DNA of 64,000 bases from Mobula birostris. Its lineage: Eukaryota. The stretch's first letter is position 1, and every line of letters starts with the position of its first letter. Of the stretch, positions 25,081 to 37,000 are shown one piece after another. Under the pieces are notes generated by a model, which saw nothing but the letters and a program-made list of their open reading frames with translations, was not told where the DNA came from and did not search any database. The position numbers and the translations under genes are program-made. The DNA lies in the NCBI RefSeq assembly GCF_030028105.1, contig NC_092374.1, positions 178,708,057 through 178,772,056 on the forward strand. Direction: 5' to 3'.

Positions 25081-26697
25081 CAGCGACATGATCATCAGAG
25101 GTCTTCAGTACTCGGCCAGGTGCCCCATCGGGGCTGGATGCTCTCTTGTGGGTCAACTTTCTGATGAATGCTCTCACAGCAGGTCTGTGACCCTCTTCAC
25201 GTGCACTTCTCAGGAATGGAATTCATTCATGATCCGTGTGGTATCTTTGTCGTGAAGCTGTGCAACATAGAAGGAACAATAGTATGGAACGTAGCATCTT
25301 CTGTGCTGAGTCTTCAATGTACAGACAGAGGGCAACAGCCAGAGTGTGTCGTGGTTTCTCGTTTCTCACAAATGACAAGGAGACGCAGAAAACTCATCAA
25401 GGTGTTTTAAACTTTAATTTGCAAATCAAAGCTGAGACAGTCAGAAAGCTAGTAATAGTGAACAGGTCAAAGTCATGGCTACATGGTGAATACTTTCTAT
25501 TGAGCTAGCAGTGGTTACATAGTAAATATAGAAAATACAATGTGTGCATTTGAGTAAATACTGATATACTATTGAGTAAATACTGTAATACATAGAAAAT
25601 ACAATGCATGCGTTTACATTTTCCAATAAGTGCTGCACTGCTGGGCTCAGTCCTAAGAATGCCGCACGCAGAGGCCAGTGTTGAGGGAGTGTTGCATTGT
25701 CAGCTGGCAATATTACCCTGTCAGGGGGGCAGGACTGAGGAAACATTGTAACATTTGAAAGAGTAATACTAAGCAAGTGCTCCACTGTAACAGGACATTC
25801 CAAGGAAGTGCTGTAACAGCAGAGGTGTACACTGAGACAGTTAAAGGGAGATACTGAGAGACTGTGCTACCGGAAAGATTAATTTTAAGGAAGCACTGAA
25901 AGAGAGATATTGAGGTAGAACTGTTCTGTTGAGAGACAGTGAAAAGGAAGCACTGTGCAACTGGAGAGGTTGTGCCAGTCTCCACTGTTGTAACTAAGGT
26001 TCTGATTCACTTTAAGAAGTGGATTATCTGAAGAAGGACCATTGCTGAGGGGCTGCTATAGTGTCGAAGGTGCAATGCTTGGGAGCATTGTGCCCCTGGA
26101 GAGCGCATGTTTAGAGACTCAGTCTTGTGAAAACGTTACGGTATCGCATGTCTACATCTTTGGAGGGTCTGTGCTGATCATGGATTATAAATTCATTATT
26201 GTGTTCATTTTTGGCCACTTCATTACAGGAAGGATGTAGAAGCTTTAGATAGGGTGCAGTGGAGATTTACCAGGATGCTGCCTGGATTAGTGAGTATGTC
26301 TTATGAAGATATGTTCAGTGAGCTAGGGCTTTTCTCTTTGAAGCAAAGAAGGATGAGAGGTGACTTGACAGAGATATAAAGATGGTAAGAGGCATAAGAA
26401 AAATAGATTGAGTGGATAGCCAGAGTTTTCCCATGGTGGAAATGGCTAATATGAGGGGGAATAATTTGAAGATGATTAGAAGAAACTATAGAGGGATGTC
26501 AGAAGAAAGTTTTTTTTTTACAGTGTGATTGGTGCATTTAATATTTGACATTTCTAGTCTGTGAAAGAAACTGACTATCCCATCTCTATATGTCTCTCAG
26601 GATTATATAAATCTCTATCAGGTCTGCCCTCAACGTCTAATGGTCCAGAGAAAACAATATGAGTTTGCCCAACCATACAACAGGGAAAGTAACAATA

Positions 26698-26703
26698 TTT
26701 ATT
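26698..26703 (-). terminator. Candidate polyadenylation signal AATAAA of locus B
   Basis: AATAAA lies at the end of the block homologous between paralogs; the aligned site in locus A reads TGTAAA. Confidence 0.5.
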
Positions 26704-27109
26704 CCATTGTATAATCCTCAAATTTTGTACTCTCTCATTCACCAAATTGCCACAGCATCCCAGAGTTTCTGCTCATATTATAAACTAAATGTTGGACTCT
26801 GCCAATCACCAATGAAGAAAAGAATTACTCTTGGCTGTCCAGTGTTCAAAACAGGCATTCATACTTCAGAGCAACAATTTGACATATGGCATTTGTGGTG
26901 GAATTAGGACTGGAGAGAGCAATCAACTCAAGTGGGACCTTACAAATGAGAGTCAAGCATCAGTGCACTGCAAGACTGAAAATTGAAATCTTTCTCAGAT
27001 GTAAGAAAAAAATCTAAAACATAGCTAAACGGGAGTTGGTCAAAGCAGCAGAAGATTCAGCCAGCAAGTTCCCACAGTGGATGCAACACTAAACCTATCT
27101 TCATAAAGA

Positions 27110-27727
27110 TCAGAAGTGGAGAGAATGAGCAATTTCAAGTTCCTGGGTGTCAACATCTCTGAGGATGCAGCTATAAAGAAGCCAAGACAGCAGTATATTT
27201 CATTGGGAGGTTGAGGTGATTTTGTTGGTCAACTAAAACACTTGAGAACTTCTACAAATGTACGATGGAGAACATTCTGACTGGCTGCATCACCATCTGT
27301 TATGAGGGACTACTGGACAAGATTGAAATAAATTGCAGAAACTTGTAAAATTAGTCAGATCTATCAGGGGTACCAGCCTCCATAGTATCCAAAATATCTT
27401 CAAGGAGCGATGCCTTAGGAAGGCTACATCCACCACCACCCAGGACATGCCCTCTTCACACTGGAGCCATCAGGAAGGAGGCACAGAAGCCTTGGCACAG
27501 CTTCTTCCCCTCTGCCAGCTGATTTATCAATGGACATTGAACCCATGAACACCACTTCCTACTTCTTTTATTTCTGTTATCTTGCACTACTTAGTTTAAC
27601 TTACAGCCATAAATATACTTTACGTAACTCAGTTTTTTATTTATTGTCAATTTCATTGTACTGCTGCCGTAAAGTTAACAAATCTCACGAACTATGCCAG
27701 TGATATTAAATCTGATTCTGATTCTAA
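27110..27727 (+). mobile_element. Rex1/Babar-like 3' fragment inside the locus B 3'UTR
   Basis: KERCLRKA-like remnant and a TCTGATTCTGATTCT tail; absent from the aligned locus A UTR. Confidence 0.7.
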
Positions 27728-27910
27728 GCTTGCTGAGGTGTGCGGTCACTCATCAAAAAAACCTGTTTGAAGCTGCACCCTGTGTTCAGAACTGTGCTTG
27801 AGTTAGAGCCAAATGCTGATCTGCAAAGGAGAAAAGAGAGGAGATTGAATGTACAGTCTAATACTGTGACAGCAAGCAGGTTTAACAAAGGCATCTGTAC
27901 GTTTACCCAC

Positions 27911-28023
27911 CTCCAGTGACGCTTTGGTTCTCTCCTTGCTGCACCTCTACATCACTCCAAAGATTATCGCAAACACAGTCATCAGCCCCAACATAGGACC
28001 TGCACCATGGGGCTCACCAACTC
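27911..28023 (-). CDS. Locus B exon 5, C-terminal tail GVGEPHGAGPMLGLMTVFAIIFGVM* plus 36 nt of 3'UTR
   Basis: Acceptor gaacag|GA GTT, TAG at 27949-27947, donor GAG|GTGGGT. Colinear and indel-free against 12541-12653. Confidence 0.8.
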
Positions 28024-31000
28024 CTGTTCACCAAGTAAAGATGGGTAAATTTATAAATTATTTTATTATTGTCACCAGTTACCAGGTACAGTGGAAATAC
28101 ATGTTTTGCATTCTGTCCATACAAATCACTACATCAGGATATTAAGGTTGTACAAGGGAAAATAATAACAGAATGCAGAGTAATGTATTAATTTTACAGA
28201 GGATGTGTGGTGCTGGCTGGCAATAGGATGCAAGACCATTAAAAGTTAGATTGTGAGGTCAGATGCCTATCTTACTATGTTTGGGTCCACTCAATTTTCT
28301 CACAGGAGAAAGACAGAAGTGTTCATTGATCATAGCAGTACATGCCTTCAGGCTTTTGTATCTGTGCCTGATGGGAGCTGGGAGAAGCGGGGGTGGGGGA
28401 GGGGTGGGTGCCGGGGAGGGTAGTCCTGGGTGGGTAGTATCTTATATATTGGAGGATAGGAGAATGGAAGGTGTTTTGAGGAAGGAAGGATGTCATTAGG
28501 ATGGAAAGGATGCAGAGGAGATTCACAAGGATGGTGCCAGGAATGGAATGCTTGAGAAATAAGGAGAGACAAGATAGGCTGGGATTATTTTCCCTGGAGT
28601 GTAGGCGGCTGAATTATAGAGAGAGGTATATAAAATTTTGAGGGGCATAGAGAGAGTGCACAGTAATTTTTCTGGGCTCCTGATGGTATAGGTTTAAGTT
28701 AAGAGAGAAAAGATGTAACAGGAACCTGATGGTCAATTTATGTGTGCCAGAAGAAGTGGTTGAGGCAGACAAGTTAGCATCTTTTAAAAGGTACATCCAC
28801 CAGTACATGGGTCTAAAGGGTTTATGGAGATACGGGCCAGGATAAATGGGACTTCTTTGAACGGGAATCTTGATTGACAAAGGCGTGTTGGGCTGAAGGG
28901 CCTATTTCTCTGCTGCAGAATTCTACGAGTCTATGACAATCAAACACCCAACAGCCAGGCAGTGACCACTTGACAGTCAGGTCTTCCCCACAGTCCCAAT
29001 TGCTTCTTAGCTGTTCTTTCTATTGAGTTCTTACTATATTTCTTTGACCAACTGCTCAACTGCTTCTGTAACATCTGGTGAGCAGAAGGAACAGATTTAA
29101 TTCGAGTGATAATAGAGCACAGTAAATAATAACTTCCAAAATGGAAATAGGATATGTTCTTGGAATTAAGAAATTTTCAGAGGTGTGTGAGAAGGAGTGG
29201 GGCTACTTGAGCAAGTCATTCAAAGTAGAGGACAAGGTGGTGAAGATAGCCTACAGGATGCTGGATTTCATTGATCAGGGCATAGAATTCAAGAGAAGGG
29301 AACTTATGGTGCAGCTTTATGGTGGAGATTCTTGATTAGGTCTTTCAAAGAGGTAAATAGGGTGGTGAAGGAAGTGTATGAGATACCAATTATCAGTGCA
29401 TAGAATACAAGGGCATGGGAATTATGGTACAGCTTTATAAAACATCGGTGAGGCTACATTCTGAGTATTGTTTACAGTTCTGGTCACCAGAGCAGAGGAG
29501 AGATGTGATTGCATTGGACAGAGTGCGGAGGAGATTCGCCGGAATGTGTCTCAGATGAAATGGGAAGAGAGAATAGATACGCTGGTTTTGTTTTCCTTAG
29601 ATGGGAGGACACTGAGAGTGGACCTGATGGAGTTATACAGAATTATTAGGGGTGTAGATAGGAAACACATAGAAAATGCTGGAAGAATTTTTTAAAATAT
29701 ATGTTATTTCTGTTATTGCACTATTTTAAAATCTGTTCAATATACATATATATAATTACTGTAGTTGATTTACTTACTTGTTTTATATTTTTTCTACATT
29801 ATCATGCATTGCTTTGTTTTGCTGCTGCTAAGTTAACAATTTTCACAACAGATGCCAGCAACAATAAACCTGATTCTGATTCTGAAGAATGCTACAGGTT
29901 TTACTTGCTGCAGTTTATGCTTCCACTTCATGTGTTTGCTTGAACGGTAGTAAACAATGACCTACCTCCCTTCACCATCATGACCTCTGGCAGGCTGCTG
30001 TGCTCGACATGACAAGCATAGATGTTCATATCATTATCCTGCAGCTCAATGACTAGTTCCATCCAGTATGTATCATTGTAGTTTGGTAGCACAGTCACCT
30101 TGTAGCCCTCAGAGACAACCTGTCCATTCTTCAGCCAAGTAGCGTTGATAGCTCGGGGATAGAAGGGCGTGATGATGCACGACAGACTCTCGCCTTCAGT
30201 AGCTGTTGGCCTCCTTGTCAACACATGAGCCTTTGGAGTAACTGGGGAAGAATCAAAAATTATGTCACCACCTCAACACAGGCTGATGATACCTTACCGT
30301 TACAGACTGAAGTTACAGTGTTCAATGTTGGGATTACTCTCACATCCTTCACTGCCTCAGAATGTGATCTGCCTCACTATTACACTCACCATCTAATCTG
30401 AAATCAGCCTCCCCAACCCAAGCTCATGCAGACTACAGACAGAGATTACGTTCATTCATCGGACAGGTCCAGATCAAGGTCACAGGCACTGTTCCCAGTC
30501 CAACTGTCATGCAATATCCCAAATTCAGATCATCCTCAAACTGCAAGATGGAGAATGCCCTCAGCACAGCAGTGGTGATCAGAAGGTCCCTCACTGCCCC
30601 AGACCGGGAGATCAGTCAATGTCTCCATTTGGGAGCACCCTCACTCAAAGATTCAAAGTAGATTAATTACCAAAGTGTTTATACAGAATACAACTCTGAG
30701 GTTTATCCTCCGATGCAGCAAAGGAACAAAGAGGCACCAAGGAACCCGTTCAAAGAAAACATCAAACACCCAACATGCAGAGAGAGAACAGATTGCACAA
30801 ACAGCAAAAAGTGAGCTAGCAACACAGAGGATATCAAACATCCAAGCAGGGGTATTTTTGTTCTTAATTGTCCATTCCTTATCTGTTAGGGCATCATAGT
30901 GTAGTGAGAATGACTCCAGGGGCAGTGTCTCATACTGTGTGTGAGATGTGAGTATTCTGGGAGACGTGCAGTCTCTCGGATAAACACATCTGCACCAGGT

Positions 31001-34000
31001 GCGTCAAGCTGCTGCTCCTCAGAGAATGTGTTAAGGAACTGGAGCTGCAGCTCACTGACCTTAGCTTGATATGGGAGAAAGAGGAAGTGATAGATAGGAG
31101 CTACAGGGAGGTAGTCACCCTTGGTTGCAGGAAATTGGTAAATGGGTGACTGTCCGGAGAAGGAGGGGAGATGCTCAGCCAGTGCAGAGTACACCTGTGG
31201 TCATACCCCTCAATATAAATGTACCACTTTAGGTACTATTGAGGGGGACAACCTACTGGGGGTAACCACAGTGAACTGGTCTCTGGCACTGAATCTGGTG
31301 CTATGGCTCAGAAGAGCAGAGAGGTGAAGAAGATTGCAGTGTTGATGGGAAATTCCATAGGCAGAAGAACAGAGACAAAATTCTGTGGGCACGATGGAGA
31401 CACCCAGGTGGTATGTTGCCTCCCAGTTGCCTGGATCACGGATGTCTCGGATCAGGTCCATTGCATTTTCAGGAGGGAGGGTGAGCAGCCAGAAATCTTG
31501 GTGCATCTCGGCAACAATGAGATGGGTCGATATGTTGAGGAGGTCCTGAAGAGAGATTTGAGGGAGCTGTGTAGAAAGCTGTAAAACAGGACCTCCAGTG
31601 TAGTAATCACTGGATTTCTGTCTGTGCCAAGTGCCATTGAGGGTAAGAATAGTATGAGTTGGCAGGTGTATGTGTGGCCAAGGAATTAGTGGAGAGGTCA
31701 GGGGTTCTCTTCTGGAATAAGGTCGATGAACTTGTAGCACAGTTACAGACTGGCATGTATGATTTTGTGTGGTAATAGCATTCAAGGATACACATTGTAT
31801 CAAAAGGGTAGGCAGATGCGGAGGCATTGTTCTGTTGGTAAAAAATGAGATCAAATCATTAGAAAGGTGATGTAGGGTCAGAAGATATTGAATCATTCTG
31901 GGTAGAGCTAAGGAACTTCAAGGGTAAAAAGACCCTGATGAGGGTTATATACAGACCCCTAAACTCTAGTAAGGATGTGGTCTACAAATTACAATGGGAG
32001 ATAGAAAATGCATGCCAAATGGGCAATGTTACAATAGTCATGGGGAATTTCAATATGCAGGTAGATTGGGAAAATCAGTTTTGTGCTGGATCCCAAGCAG
32101 TGGAATTTCTAGAATGCTTGTGGGATGGCTTTTTAAAGCAGCTCATGGTTGAGTCCACTGGGGTATCAGCTATTCTGGATTGAGTGTTGTGCAATGAACC
32201 AGAATTGTTTAGAGAGCTTAAGGTAAAGGTACTCATAGGGGTAAGTGATCATAATATTATAGAATTCACCGTGCAATTTGAGAAGGAGAGCTAAAGTCAG
32301 ATGTATCAGGATTACAGTGGAGTAAAGAGAATTAGAGAGGCATGAGAGAGGAGCTGGCCAAAACTGATTTGAAAATAACACTGAAAGGGATGGTGGCAGA
32401 GCATAAATGGATGGAGTTTCTGGAAGCAATTCAGAAGGCGCAGGGTATGTACAAACAATAGAGGAAGATGTATTCTAAAGGCGAGATGACACAAGGTAGG
32501 TGGCCAACGAGAAGTCAAAGCGAACATAAAAGCCAAAGAGATGGCATATAATAGAGCAAAAATTAGTGGGAAGTTAGAGAATTGGGAAACTTTTAAAACC
32601 CAGCAGAAGGCAACTGAAAAAATCATTAAGAAGGATAAGATGGAATATAAGAGTAAGCTAGCCAATAATAAAGAGGATGCAAAAAGCTTGTACGGATAGA
32701 TAACGTGTAAAAGAGAGGTGAGATTGGATTTTGGACTGCTGTAAAATGATGCTGGAGAGGTAGTAATAGGGGACAACAAAATAGTGGATGAAATGAGGAA
32801 GACACTAGCAGTATGCTGGAAGCTTGAGAGTGTCAGGGGAGCAGGTGTGTGTTAAGTTGCCAATACTAGACAGATATTTCTTGGGAAAAGGAAAGGTATT
32901 TAGGTCACCTGGACAGATGGTGTACCTGCTAGGATTCTGCAAGAGGTGGCTGAAAAGATTGTGGAGGCACTGGTAATGATCTTTCAAGAATCTTTAGATT
33001 CTGGAATGGTTCTGGAATATTGGAAAATTGCAAATAACTCTCCACTCTTCAAGCAGGGAGAGACACAGAAGAAAGGAAATTATAGGCCAGTTCGTCTGTC
33101 TTCAGTTGTTTGGAGTTGATTGTTCAACATGGGATTTTGGGGTACTTGGAGGCACATGATAAAATAGGACGTAGTCGGCATGTTGGAATTCTTTGAAAAA
33201 ATAACAAGCCGGATAGACAAAGGAGAATCAGTGGATGTTGTGTACTTGGATTTTCAGAAGGCCTTTGACAAGTTGTGACATAGGTAGAACAAGGAAAGCG
33301 GTTCTACTGAGGGAATTTGAGCAACTAGGGACTAAGTTAAAAAGCAGAACAGAAAAGGTGGTAATCTCTGGATTACTACTGAGCCACGAGCAAACTGGCA
33401 TGGGGTTTAGAAGATTAGAGTGTTATATGCGGGGCTGAAGGATCGGTGTGGGTGGAGTAGGTTTGATTTCATAGGAAATTGGCACCAGTATTGGGAAGGA
33501 GGGAGCTGTACCAATGGGACAGGCTCCAGCTGAACTGTGATGGGACCTGACTGCTCGTGAATCGCATAACCAGGGCTGTGCATAGGGCTTTAAACTAAAT
33601 TGTATGGGATGGGTTTAGTAGGGGAAATGGGTTCAACAGATTAGAAATGTATAGATAAAGCAAAAGAGAAAACTATGGATGAAGATAATGAAAAATCAAA
33701 AGATTAAAAAGAGAAAAGTAAGGGTGGAGTAAAGAAAAGACAAATGCAAAAGAGAAAAAGATTACAAGATTTTCAAAGCACAATGAGTGAAATGGCACTT
33801 TATCTGAATGCCCGTAGTATTTAAAATAAGATCATTGAACTTTCGGCACTAATCACTACAAAGGGGTATGATTTCATGGGCATTACAGAATTGTGGTTGC
33901 AGGGTGGAGAGGATTGGGAAGTGAATATCCAAGGATATCAGGTAATATGGAAGGATAGACAGGAATGTAAGGGAGGTGGAAGTTGTCTATGGACCACTGA

Positions 34001-37000
34001 ATTATAACATTATGGTGGCACAGGCAATAAACAGACAAATATCTGTGGCGTGTAAGAATGGAACAGCGGTTATCATGGGGGACTTTAACTTGGGTATAGA
34101 TTGGGTGAATCAAGTTGATGAAGGCAGTCTTAAGGTGGATTTGATAGAATGCATCCATGATGGCTTTCTTGAACAGCATGTCACTAAACCTACAAATCTT
34201 AGATCTGGTCCTGTGCAATGATCAGGTAAAATAAGTGATCTTGTAGTTAGGGATCCTCCTGGAGAGAGTGATCACAGTGTGATTGAGTTTCTCGTACAAA
34301 TGGAGGGCGCAATAGTTCGATAGAAAACTAGTGTATTACTGTATGCCTAAACAGTGGAGACGACAATGGGATGAGGGAGGATTTGGCTTGTGTAGACTGG
34401 GAACACAGACTATATGGTGGGACGGTTGAGGAACAGTGGAAGACTTTAAAAGAGATTTTTCACGGTGTTCAACAGAAGTATATTCCAGTTAAAAGTGGGG
34501 AGCAAGTAAATAAGCAAGGGTGGGAAATGAAAGAAAGCATCAAACTAAAAGCTCGTTTGTACAAACTTGTCAAGAGTAGTGGGAAAATGCTAGATTGAGA
34601 AAACTTTAAAAAGCAACATAGAACCACTAAGCGAGCAGTGAAGGAAGGGAAGATAGACTATGAAAATAAACTAGCACAAAATATAAAAGCAGATCATAAA
34701 AGTTGTTATAATTATATAAAGCAGAAAAGGGTGGCTTAAGTGAACATTGGTCCCTTGGAAGACGAGAAGGGGAATTAATATTGGGGAGTGAGGAAATGGC
34801 AGAGGCTTTAGATCTATGTTGTGTCGGTCTTCACAGTGGAGGTGGCGGGCACGTCTAACATGCCAAAGACAGATGTTATGGACGCAATGGGAGGCAAGAA
34901 CCTGATACAATAGCTATCACTAAAGAGGTAGTGCTGAGCAATCGTGTGGGCCGGAAGATAGATAAGTCCCAGGGTACTGAAAGAAATGGCAGAAGTTATA
35001 GTAGAGGTTTTGGTGATAATTTACCAAAATAGAACAATAGAGTTGGGGCTAATGTATTAGCATGGATAGAGGATTGGTTGACTAATAGAAAGAAGAGAGT
35101 TGGGATACTTGGGTGTTTCTCTGGTTGGCAGTCAGTGGTGAGTGGTGTGCCATTGGAGTCTGTGCTAGGGCTGCAACTGTTCATGATATACATTAACGAT
35201 CTGGGAGGGTTTCTGAGTGTAGTGTATCTAAGTTTTCATAAGGTATGGAAGCATCCGGAACCTTGTCAATAACATCTAAGCAGGAACTCCTGACTCCTGA
35301 AAACTGCTGAATTGCATGTATTTTAAGGTGTAAAAGACCATGCTTGTGCTCACTTTAGCAGAGTCTTTTAGTGGGCTCTCCATGGTCATGTAAGTAAGTA
35401 ATTAAACTGAATACTGGGGTCTTTGTCCTTGTTTAATCAGCAATAGTAAATTTCTGTGACACTCAGAGTAGAGGGGCATCCTTTTAAAAAGGAGATCAGG
35501 AAATATTTCTTGAGCCAGAGAGCAGTACATATGTGGAATTCGTTGTTACAGGCAACTTGGCAGCTGTGGAGGCCACATCTTTAGTATATTTAAAGCAAAG
35601 ATTGATAGATTCTTTATAGTCACGACATGAAGCGATATGGGGAGAAGGCAGGACGTTGGAGCTGTGAGGGATAATGGACCAGCATGATGAAATGGCGGAG
35701 CAGACTCGATGGGCCAAATGGCCCCATTCTGCTTCTATATCTTATGGTTTTATCAAGTCTAGATGTACTCAGTTTAGTTCAGTGCCTTGCCACTAGCCAA
35801 AAGCAGGCCGCAGATTCAGTCTTCGCTGAAGCACCCAGTGCGCACTGATGCACCCTGATCAAACCACTTAGAAACAGGAAACAAAGGGAAACCAGAATCC
35901 AGAAATACATGAACCCTAAAGTCCCCCAAAAAGAGTCACAACCATGAGCCTCACCAATCAACCCCTGCAATGTGGAACCCAAGCCTCCTGCACTTTCCTC
36001 CAACAGCAGCTAGTAAAAGGGGGAGGAATACCAGCCAAACGCGGCAGATGGCGCCAAACACCAGCCTGGCCTCCGCACTTGGCCTCGTCCACTTCAACCT
36101 TGCTCAACGCCTCAGTCAGAGAGAAGCAATGGAGCCAATCATGGGCTCATAGTCCACCTCCAGGCCTGTAGGCCGTACACTCCAATCAACTCACTGTTTC
36201 AAATTAGGAGATCCCTCATTACTGCAGATTGGAACCCCCTAACCATTTTGTTTTGGGAGCTCCCTCTCTTTCCCATATGAGGAGATCCCTCTGCATCTCT
36301 GATTGGAAGCTTCCTTACTGTCCAGACCTGGAGATCCCTCTCTGTCCCAGATTGGGAACACCATCAATTTGTTAGATCATCAAATCCTTCAGTATCCTGA
36401 ATCATAACAGCCCACACCATCTCGGTCTCAGAGCCCCATAATCGTCTCAGACTGAGGTATCCTTTATGTTGCTGAATTGGGAGTTCCCTCTCCATCACAG
36501 GATGTTCCACTTGCCTTGCCTTTCCAATGCTTCTTTTCCAAGCTGAACAGCCCTTTGCAAATACCAAGTGCAGTTATTCTTCAATGCAGTCACGCCAGTG
36601 AAACTGAGTTGGCTCAATTGATCATTGAACATTGCTAGGAAACCAGTGCCAGTGCATTTCAATGTGTTCAAATCACAGCTGAACTCTCCAATATCCGGGA
36701 CGTTGATTTTCAGAATCGCGTTGACCGTATCTCCAGATTGTGTGCAGCCCCAGAGTGCCTGTATGTAGCTGAAGCCTGTAAATTACCAACAGATTAATTA
36801 ACATTAATGGCTGAAGCTTCCAATACTAGCTAATGGTCTGCTAAATACGTAAATGCTATGTGACTAAGAGGTGCACAAAGTAGTGGGTCACGGTCAGCGA
36901 CTGTGTACAGTTAAGGCCGAGAGCATGGGGTGAAGTGTCCTATATAGAACATTTGTCAGTGTGTGGCACAGATCACAGGGTCTGGTGGAATCAGTAATCA

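Larger units (their letters stand above)
26690..27820 (-). other. Locus B terminal 3'UTR exon, interrupted by a LINE fragment
   Basis: Acceptor ctcttttctcctttgcag|ATC after a 90-nt intron. Sequence aligns by eye with locus A 12739-13300 on both sides of the insertion at about 27110-27727. Confidence 0.65.

Noticed and set aside
25353-25367. ISRE-like GGTTTCTCGTTTCTC
   Set aside because: It is an isolated short motif far from either promoter and is expected by chance.
27911-27955. Alternative tail frame VEVQQGENQSVTG / VEEQQGESQGFNT as a cytoplasmic domain
   Set aside because: That frame has a TGA near the start of the locus B exon and is not in phase with alpha3. Substitutions between paralogs show no codon bias.
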